Shown here in pieces: positions 26,104 to 32,000 of a stretch of DNA of 32,000 nucleotides; the stretch's first letter is position 1; each line of letters begins with the position of its first letter. The notes below the pieces were generated by a model. The model was given only the letters and a program-made list of their open reading frames with translations. It ran no database searches and was not told where the DNA came from. A program made the translations under genes and the position numbers. Source of the stretch: Propionibacteriaceae bacterium (lineage in GTDB: Bacteria; Actinomycetota; Actinomycetes; Propionibacteriales; Propionibacteriaceae); contig JAIRQE010000019.1 of NCBI GenBank assembly GCA_031256725.1, positions 60,001 to 92,000 of the forward strand, read 5' to 3'.

Positions 26104-27432
26104 ATGGGGGTCTCATCAGCGATGAAGCATTTCATTGCTCGCACTGGATTCGATATGCAAAGAAGGAAACTCGATCAGGAGAGTAGGAAGCGTGGGGATG
26201 ATCCCTGGCAAGACTCCGAGATAGTGCCTCTGACTCCAAGCCAATGGGAGTTCGTCAAACAGGAAAAAGCTTCTCCACGCACAGGAATCAATAATATCGC
26301 TGGCGCATTGGTCATTGATGACTCAACTGATGTTGATTTGTTCAGGGAAGCGATTAACACGGTGATAAAGAACAACGACGGTATGAGAATCGTGTTCACG
26401 CAAGAGGGAGAGTCACTCAGTCAATATGCGGCACGATTTGAACCTCTGAACACCCCTGTGCTGTCTTTCGATAGCGAGGAGAGCATGAGGCAGTACTGCG
26501 ACTCGGAGAAGAGAAAACCTTTCGGTAGTTTCATAGATCAAGATATATGTAAAGAAATTGATATTTTTCGTCTTTCTGATGGGCGCGGTGGGCTTATCAT
26601 TCGGGAACATCACATGCGGAATGACGCTGTGGGGAGTGTGGCATTTCTCGTTTATGTGATGGATGTATACGAGCATTTGAAGAAGGGAACCAAGAACTAC
26701 GAGGGAGTACGAACGTCGTTCATTGACTATGCGAGAAACCCGAAAGTTAGGGGAACTGAACGAGTTGATCACATCGACCCCATTGACTGTTCATCAACTC
26801 GAACAGAATTCATGATGACCAGAGAAGGCACTGCCAGAATCAAGAAGGTATGTGAAAACTTAGGAAGAAGTGTCGGACTAAATATCCGACCATCGAAATT
26901 GTTCGAACTCGGAAACGCGATTTTCATTGGCCAGCGCAACGGCAACTCCGAAAGGATCACCCTTGATGGATTGGCGACAGGGAGAACCCCCAAAACATCA
27001 GAGTCTCTCACAATCGGTATGTTCACTCACGGACAGCCTCTCACTATGTATCTAGATTGGAAAAGATCAGTAAAAGACAACATCGTCAATGCCAAGAAGA
27101 GAGCCCGAGGACTTCTGGGAACGCCAGATTACTCGTCGAGCAGTGATCCATCAGATACGATCTCCATTTCCTTTCGAAGCGAGATTGGGATTTTGAAGGA
27201 TTTATTCAAGACACCTTTTCGTATTTACGAGTCCCCTCGCGACTACTCACCCATTCCCTTATTCATGCAGATAGAAGATATGAATGAGACTGGAAGTTAC
27301 AACGTGTTTTATGACGCTTGGAATGCGCTCTATACGAGGGAGCAGATCGAAGAACGCCATACAGTAGTGATGAGCATCATCAACCAGATGGTGGGTAACC
27401 CGGACATGATTCTGAAAGATCTCTTGGTGTAG
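26104..27432 (+). CDS. standalone condensation (C) domain protein, NRPS/PapA-type acyltransferase fold
   Basis: At 442 aa it is the size of one C domain. The motifs appear in order: PLTPSQWEFV (C1-like), MRIVFTQEG (C2-like), EHHMRNDAVGS (HHxxxD core, with Ala in place of the usual Gly) and FIDYA (C4-like). It has a strong RBS and is AT-rich. Confidence 0.75.
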   Translation: MGVSSAMKHFIARTGFDMQRRKLDQESRKRGDDPWQDSEIVPLTPSQWEFVKQEKASPRTGINNIAGALVIDDSTDVDLFREAINTVIKNNDGMRIVFTQEGESLSQYAARFEPLNTPVLSFDSEESMRQYCDSEKRKPFGSFIDQDICKEIDIFRLSDGRGGLIIREHHMRNDAVGSVAFLVYVMDVYEHLKKGTKNYEGVRTSFIDYARNPKVRGTERVDHIDPIDCSSTRTEFMMTREGTARIKKVCENLGRSVGLNIRPSKLFELGNAIFIGQRNGNSERITLDGLATGRTPKTSESLTIGMFTHGQPLTMYLDWKRSVKDNIVNAKKRARGLLGTPDYSSSSDPSDTISISFRSEIGILKDLFKTPFRIYESPRDYSPIPLFMQIEDMNETGSYNVFYDAWNALYTREQIEERHTVVMSIINQMVGNPDMILKDLLV

Positions 27433-27550
27433 GGGATGGGGCAGAAACGGCAGTGGGGGCCAGTTGGCCAGCACTTCCTTATTCAGGGCACGACCCGAAA
27501 ATCAGTGGGTGATATGGAGTTGAGGAAGGCTGGGATTCCTTGATCAGTTA

Positions 27551-27895
27551 TTAGGTCAATAATGGGCCTGACGCTGTATAGACGCCGATGAGGCGGGCAA
27601 TGATCTCCTGGATTTCAACGAGAGTTTCGGGGTTGATGCGACCATAGAGTTCCTCATTCAGGCGTACGATGTCGATTGAGCGCACCTGCTCGCACAGTGC
27701 TTCCGCTCGAATTCCGTGAAGGGTGACCGGGATTCTAGTCGCCCAAGCACGAAGCGTTGTTGTCATGGGTACGACAATGGCGCGGGGTCCAAGATTCGCG
27801 ACTGAGACGACGATCACTGGTCGGGTCCCGCGCTGTTCCGTACCCTTAATTGGATCTAAATCTGCGTAGTAAACATCGCCAGCAGTAAGGTTCAC
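27551..27895 (-). CDS. mazF: type II toxin, MazF/PemK-family endoribonuclease
   Basis: GDVYYADLDPIKGTEQRGTRPVIVVS is the MazF/PemK signature. I set the start at the GTG at 27895, which overlaps the antitoxin stop (GTGA). The ORF-track start at 27946 would overlap the antitoxin by 55 nt. Confidence 0.85.
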   Translation of the reverse strand: MNLTAGDVYYADLDPIKGTEQRGTRPVIVVSVANLGPRAIVVPMTTTLRAWATRIPVTLHGIRAEALCEQVRSIDIVRLNEELYGRINPETLVEIQEIIARLIGVYTASGPLLT

Positions 27896-28137
27896 GACGT
27901 GGGCTCCCACATATCCATGGGAGTCGACAGATCCGCACGATCCCAACTCTGATCCTCGGGATTGCTTTCATCCCATGCGGTTTGGGCTACGGCTCTCAGG
28001 AATTCAGCCTGCTCAAGCTCACGAAGCGCTGCTGTCAGCAAATCTGCTTGCTTTACATGTCGTGCTGCTGCTTGAGCTCGAATCTGATCTCGTAATGCGG
28101 TAGGCACCCGAATCGTGGTTTCCTGGACAGTACTCAT
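27892..28137 (-). CDS. type II antitoxin, ribbon-helix-helix type
   Basis: The protein is MSTVQETTIRVPTALRDQIRAQAAARHVKQADLLTAALRELEQAEF.... The beta-strand-helix-helix N-terminus is typical of RHH (CopG/MazE-like) antitoxins. It lies immediately upstream of the toxin. Confidence 0.75.
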   Translation of the reverse strand: MSTVQETTIRVPTALRDQIRAQAAARHVKQADLLTAALRELEQAEFLRAVAQTAWDESNPEDQSWDRADLSTPMDMWEPTS

Positions 28138-28241
28138 ACGAAAAGTATAACATTTCTTCATCAGGTGTCGGGTGAGGATTGGAGGCGGGGTGGTATCTGC
28201 CGCCTAGTTCCGGTCGTTTGGTAGCACGCTACTGATTTATA

Positions 28242-28790
28242 TTATATCCACTCTTCAAAATCATATAACTTCAAAGTTCCATTGGATAACCTTACTTTCA
28301 ATTCTTCAACAATATCATTTATTGTTTTTTCTATCTGCTTGGGTTCTTTGTATTCAATGCCATCCTGTGGGTCATAACATTCACACCCCTGTGATTCCAC
28401 AAAATATAGACCGAGCAAGTGCGCCATGAAAATTTCTAACAAGTCAGAACCGCTGCAATTAAGCACTAAGTCATGCTTTTCCTCATTTAGAGCAGAGGCA
28501 ACCGGTTGTGGTTTTCCCCCAAATAGACTTTTGAGTATACCTTTTGACGGCGTCTTTGTAGCGGTTTCGGAAAGATCGCTATAAAGCTCAAATCCAGTAA
28601 TGAAGCTCTTATCGTTAAGCCCCGGAAGAAAATCCCCCTCAATTTTAAATGGCAAAAACCCCGAATGCCTCTTTAGTACGATGTCTGGATGTACCGATAC
28701 AGTGTACCCCTTCGCTTTACAGAATTCCTCAAACGACGTCACGACAAAGTCATCAAGACTGGTTTTTATGACATTAAAATCCCAACTCAC
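28242..28790 (-). CDS. hypothetical cytoplasmic protein, very AT-rich orphan
   Basis: This 182 aa ORF has no signal peptide or TM segment and no motif I recognise. It has the lowest GC by eye in the window and sits between two TA modules. Confidence 0.55.
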   Translation of the reverse strand: MSWDFNVIKTSLDDFVVTSFEEFCKAKGYTVSVHPDIVLKRHSGFLPFKIEGDFLPGLNDKSFITGFELYSDLSETATKTPSKGILKSLFGGKPQPVASALNEEKHDLVLNCSGSDLLEIFMAHLLGLYFVESQGCECYDPQDGIEYKEPKQIEKTINDIVEELKVRLSNGTLKLYDFEEWI

Positions 28791-29074
28791 TGTAGCTACC
28801 CCTTTTAAATATAGATAGTATCATATGAAATAATATCGCAACCATCCGATATGTCCCCACATTGTACCCTGCCCACTCGAAGAGTCGGGACTATCCAATA
28901 GACGGTGAGTGGCAATTAAGAAGCATATGGTGGAGGAAATGGGACATTATTAGAACACTCTCTGAAGTATCAAAAGTGCTTGTCAAAGAAGATTTAGATG
29001 GGCTCGAAGATTCCAGCCTGTGAAACAATCTATGCGGTTTTCGTCAGCCTCAATGCTGAAAACAGAATTGGTTG

Positions 29075-29455
29075 CTACATGAACTTGTGATCATTGATCC
29101 ATGAAGCAACACCATCAGTATCCACCTCTCCGCTAGCAAGACGCATCCCAAGGTCGATCAGATCCTCATTGGATGCATCAATCACAATGCCGTTACCCTC
29201 CAGGGTGACAAGCATGGCAAGTATGCCGATGCGTTTATTGCCGTCCACAAAAGGATGGTTGCTCACTAAACCAAAAGCCAGACGAGCAGCTTTCGACTCC
29301 ACGGTCGGATAGAACTCCTCCTGAGAGAACCCTGCCCGTGGCGAATCTAAAGCTGACTCCAATAATCCTTCGTCGTGAATTCCCTGAGCACCACCAGTAG
29401 AAACAAGGAGTTGAGAATGCAGTAGGAGTATCTGTCGCTTTGTGAGGTACTTCAC
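29075..29455 (-). CDS. doc: type II toxin Doc (Fic-fold kinase, death-on-curing family)
   Basis: HPFVDGNKRIG is the Doc variant of the Fic motif (HxFx[D/N][A/G]NKR). It is 126 aa. Its start overlaps the upstream antitoxin stop by 4 nt. Confidence 0.88.
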   Translation of the reverse strand: MKYLTKRQILLLHSQLLVSTGGAQGIHDEGLLESALDSPRAGFSQEEFYPTVESKAARLAFGLVSNHPFVDGNKRIGILAMLVTLEGNGIVIDASNEDLIDLGMRLASGEVDTDGVASWINDHKFM

Positions 29456-29703
29456 TGAGCAAGAGCCTCAAAAGCAGGACGATACCGTGTTATGAGTTGA
29501 CTGCCAAGGTTTGCCACTTCTGAATCAACAAAGCCCTCATCCTGCTGCAGATCTTCAAAATCGATGAGCACATATCGAGGAACGTTATTACGAAGTATGA
29601 CCACTGACCCACATTCATCAACCAGCCGAGCCACACGAGAGAAATTCTGATTGGCTTCAGAGATTGAAACTAAATTCTGAGTGTCCACAAGCATAATGCT
29701 CAC
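29452..29703 (-). CDS. phd: type II antitoxin, Phd/YefM family
   Basis: This 83 aa protein contains VSISEANQNFSRVARLVDECGSVVILRNNVPRYVLIDFEDL, the Phd/YefM N-terminal fold signature. It is translationally coupled to doc. Confidence 0.85.
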   Translation of the reverse strand: MSIMLVDTQNLVSISEANQNFSRVARLVDECGSVVILRNNVPRYVLIDFEDLQQDEGFVDSEVANLGSQLITRYRPAFEALAQ

Positions 29704-29707
29704 CTTT

Positions 29708-29729
29708 GCTAGGATATATTCATCCTAGC
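29708..29729. promoter_or_regulatory. perfect palindrome just upstream of phd (candidate Phd-Doc operator)
   Basis: The palindrome is gctaggat-atattc-atcctagc, with 8 bp arms, immediately 5' of the phd SD. It is nested inside a second inverted repeat, tgctcacct (29695-29703) and aggtgagca (29741-29749). Confidence 0.35.
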
Positions 29730-29996
29730 GTCTTCACGTGAGGTGAGCAATTCGCGATTGACAAAAGCCTATTCAACAAGGAGTAATCGCCAGAATCGAA
29801 GTCACTACAAAGCTATCGATGGGTTGTCTTCTTTGGTGTTCCTCAAGCCTGCGGCTTTCGTCCACAGAGTTCAATCGCCTCGGCAACAAGAGCAAGCTCC
29901 CGCTGCTCTCACCTCAATCATCTGTGGAGATCCAGCCTACTCTTTCGAAACTGAAAGATGGCATTTCTCCGGCTACGGGTTCGAACATCGAACCTA

Positions 29997-30072
29997 TGGT
30001 GGAGCTAAGGGGATTCGAACCCCTGGCCTTCTCATTGCGAACGAGACGCGCTACCAACTGCGCCATAGCCCC
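29997..30072 (-). tRNA. tRNA-Ala (anticodon CGC), CCA encoded
   Basis: The reverse complement is ggggcta-tg-gcgc-agttggta-gcgc-g-tctcg-ttCGCaa-tgaga-aggcc-agggg-ttcgaat-cccct-tagctcc-a-cca. The G3:U70 Ala identity pair is present. Confidence 0.9.
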
Positions 30073-30092
30073 AGAGGCGATTACTTCGCCTG

Positions 30093-30164
30093 AGCCTCCG
30101 ATGGGTGTCGAACCCATGACCTTCCGCTTACAAGGCGGATGCTCTACCGCTGAGCTACAGAGGC
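30093..30164 (-). tRNA. tRNA-Thr (anticodon TGT)
   Basis: The reverse complement is gcctctg-ta-gctc-agcggta-gagc-a-tccgc-ctTGTaa-gcgga-aggtc-atggg-ttcgaca-cccat-cggaggc-t. CCA is not encoded. Confidence 0.88.
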
Positions 30165-30245
30165 CTGCCGGAGAGATATTCTAGCAGCATCTTCGCCATT
30201 CTTGCCTAACTGAGTTACTATGAACAAGAACTCTTGTACCAAGAA

Positions 30246-31082
30246 CTAAAGGGGGCCAACCCTCAGACTGAAACTGATGGAATGGTCTCTTCCAGGGCTT
30301 AGGGAGATCGCATGTTCACCCACATTGGCGGTTTCCACGCAGATCATTGAGGTCCAACCGTCGTCACTCATATCGGGGAGACTCTTCGCCTTCTCTATCC
30401 ACGGATTCCATACGATGACGTCCTGGGAACCCTTGCGGGAGAGGAAGATCTCCCTATCCATGGTGGGATCTTGTATGACGATATCCCCGGTTGTGTGGAA
30501 GATACGATCAGTTTCTTCAGTGATCATCAGGTCCGTACTTTGGGTGTGTGGGCCAGTGAAATGCCCTGCCACACGATCAAGGTACGGCGCACCATTAAGC
30601 CCCTTAATCACAGTTTGGCGCACATCCCCAACTCTGAGATAGGTGTGAAGGGACTCTTCAAAGACAAAGCGAGTATCGCCCGTGTTGCGTACATTCAGGG
30701 TTGCGCTGAAATCTAAACCGAAGGTCACATCGTAGGTCAGGCAATAGGAGTAATTGAACTTATCTGGGCTAGCGTTGACGAGAATATACCTCGCTGAAAC
30801 AGTGTCCTCGTTCTCGGTTGAACTCACCAAACGCCACTCACTGAGTCGGCCAAAGCCGTGGAGTGGGAAGGAGACCCCGTTGATGCCTGCACCAAACCAG
30901 GGCCAGCAAATCGGAATCCCTCCACGAATCGGCGAATGAGAATCGAAAGCTGTCTTGTCGCTCAGCCAAAGTACTGGCTCATGGCCGAAAGGAGTCCAAT
31001 CAACAACCTGGGCCCCGTGATGAAAGACAACACCTTGTGCCATGGGGCAGGCATACACACGAGGTGCCAGAAGTGAACTCAC
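30246..31082 (-). CDS. D-hexose-6-phosphate mutarotase (aldose 1-epimerase family, YeaD-like)
   Basis: IRGGIPICWPWFG, HGFGR and the later ETAN block are typical of the YeaD/glucose-6-phosphate 1-epimerase group. The start is either the GTG at 31082 or the ATG at 31043. Confidence 0.75.
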   Translation of the reverse strand: MSSLLAPRVYACPMAQGVVFHHGAQVVDWTPFGHEPVLWLSDKTAFDSHSPIRGGIPICWPWFGAGINGVSFPLHGFGRLSEWRLVSSTENEDTVSARYILVNASPDKFNYSYCLTYDVTFGLDFSATLNVRNTGDTRFVFEESLHTYLRVGDVRQTVIKGLNGAPYLDRVAGHFTGPHTQSTDLMITEETDRIFHTTGDIVIQDPTMDREIFLSRKGSQDVIVWNPWIEKAKSLPDMSDDGWTSMICVETANVGEHAISLSPGRDHSISFSLRVGPL

Positions 31083-31150
31083 AGAACTAGATTACGCTGA
31101 GATGACCTACTTGTCGATAAGTCTCCCGTATGTAGATACTTACATTTGCC

Positions 31151-31606
31151 TTAAATGATGACAGATTCCTCATAGGCTTTGATGAGTTCAAGTCGACGCA
31201 TATGGCGGGAAGCCCCCGAAAACTCTGTTGTGAGGAAGGCCAATACAAGATCAATAATCTGCTCCTTGGAGTGCATCCTTCCCCCGATTGACGCGACATT
31301 GGCATTATTGTGCTTACGGGCCAGGCGGGCCGTATCATGGGAGTGTATGAGTGCAGCGCGTACACCCCGTACCTTGTTGGCTGCAATGACCTCGCCATTA
31401 CCCGAACCACCCAGGACGATTCCCAAAGATCCTGGATCCTCTATGACCGCTTCGGCTGTCGGAAAGATATACACAGGGTAATCATCATCAGAATCGTAGG
31501 CATCTGCCCCATGATCGATCACCTCGTACCCTCGACTGGTGAGGGCTTGAACAATGGCGTTCTTCATCTCGAATGCCGCATGGTCTGTACCTATATGAAC
31601 ACGCAT
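31151..31606 (-). CDS. rpiB: ribose-5-phosphate isomerase B
   Basis: MRVHIGTDHAAFEMKNAIV..., GIVLGGSGNGEVIAANKVRGVRAAL and RKHNNANVASIGGR are RpiB/LacAB signatures. Confidence 0.92.
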   Translation of the reverse strand: MRVHIGTDHAAFEMKNAIVQALTSRGYEVIDHGADAYDSDDDYPVYIFPTAEAVIEDPGSLGIVLGGSGNGEVIAANKVRGVRAALIHSHDTARLARKHNNANVASIGGRMHSKEQIIDLVLAFLTTEFSGASRHMRRLELIKAYEESVII

Positions 31607-31634
31607 GGTGATCTCCTTCTTGTATGTACCAGAA

Positions 31635-32000
31635 TTAGCCTACGCGAAACTCCCAGGTGGTCGTACGACAGTACTCTTCACCTGGCCTGAGGATAGTTGA
31701 TGGAAAATCTGGTCGCCTGGGAGCATCAGGGTACTCCTCGGTTTCCAAGGCGATACCTGTACCTTTGCCTCCAGCCCCCTCGGGATGGGAGATCCTTGGG
31801 TTGGTCATCATGTGACCAGTGTAGATCTGTAGAGCAGGATAATCCGTGTGGAAAATGAGTTCCCGCCCCGATTCCTGGTGACGAAGAAGAGCTACCTGCC
31901 TCATTCCACTGCCATTAAGGATGAGAGCATGATCAATACCACCAGTGGCAATCACCTGAGGATCCGGTTCTGCAAACGCTTCGCCGAGAAGTCTTGATCC
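31635..32000 (-). CDS. aldose 1-epimerase (galactose mutarotase), C-terminal part; gene continues beyond the right edge
   Basis: GIDHALILNG, LQIYTG, GIALETEEYPDAP and FPSTILRPGEEY are mutarotase C-terminal blocks. I checked that the frame stays open from 31955 to 32000 (...GSRLLGEAFAEPDPQVIATGG...). Confidence 0.8.
   Translation of the reverse strand, partial: GSRLLGEAFAEPDPQVIATGGIDHALILNGSGMRQVALLRHQESGRELIFHTDYPALQIYTGHMMTNPRISHPEGAGGKGTGIALETEEYPDAPRRPDFPSTILRPGEEYCRTTTWEFRVG

Noticed and set aside
29961-29996. tRNA T-arm-like strings (gggttcgaac, atcgaacc) just outside the tRNA-Ala 3' end, considered as an att-site or tRNA fragment
   Set aside because: I could not build complementary stem halves and found no matching second copy at the left end of the island. 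The resemblance is too short to support a call.
29743-30184. 116 aa, 121 aa and 67 aa ORFs
   Set aside because: They run across tRNA-Ala and tRNA-Thr and the untranslated spacer. The tRNA cloverleaves explain the sequence.
1-32000. Search for CRISPR arrays, rRNA, tmRNA or long tandem repeats
   Set aside because: Reading through the window by eye, I saw no regularly spaced direct repeats and no rRNA-like segments. This was not an exhaustive computational scan.

Overview
This window looks like chromosomal DNA from a moderate-GC actinobacterium, possibly an Actinomycetales-type organism; that guess rests only on gene order and protein motifs. All homology calls come from reading the supplied translations and the DNA by eye, with no database search. 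Positions 1-17050 and 29997-32000 are conserved housekeeping backbone. On the left this comprises rpsB-tsf, an EF-G2-type GTPase, the trmD-rimM-KH-rpsP operon, ffh, purU, an MBL-fold hydrolase, holA and a SixA-like phosphatase. An FMN riboswitch precedes an ATPase-less ABC permease and lipoprotein pair that resembles RibXY. On the right are a sugar-phosphate mutarotase, rpiB and galM. There are four tRNA genes: Lys-CTT, Lys-TTT, Ala-CGC and Thr-TGT. Positions ~17054-29996 form a visibly AT-richer accessory island of about 13 kb that abuts the 3' end of tRNA-Ala. It carries remnants of three IS families (IS256, IS110, IS3) but no integrase, and it has two type II toxin-antitoxin pairs (RHH-MazF, Phd-Doc). 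It also contains several uncharacterised modules. One is a four-gene operon for a Cys-rich secreted protein, two lipoprotein-like proteins and a cytoplasmic protein. Another is an XRE-linked cluster of three membrane proteins that each carry a DUF4352-like beta-sandwich ectodomain. There is also a standalone NRPS-type condensation-domain protein and several orphan small genes. My best candidates for an undescribed system are the XRE/DUF4352-like envelope cluster (22389-25766) together with the divergent condensation-domain gene, and the secreted-protein/lipoprotein operon (19329-21930). Their functions are inference only.
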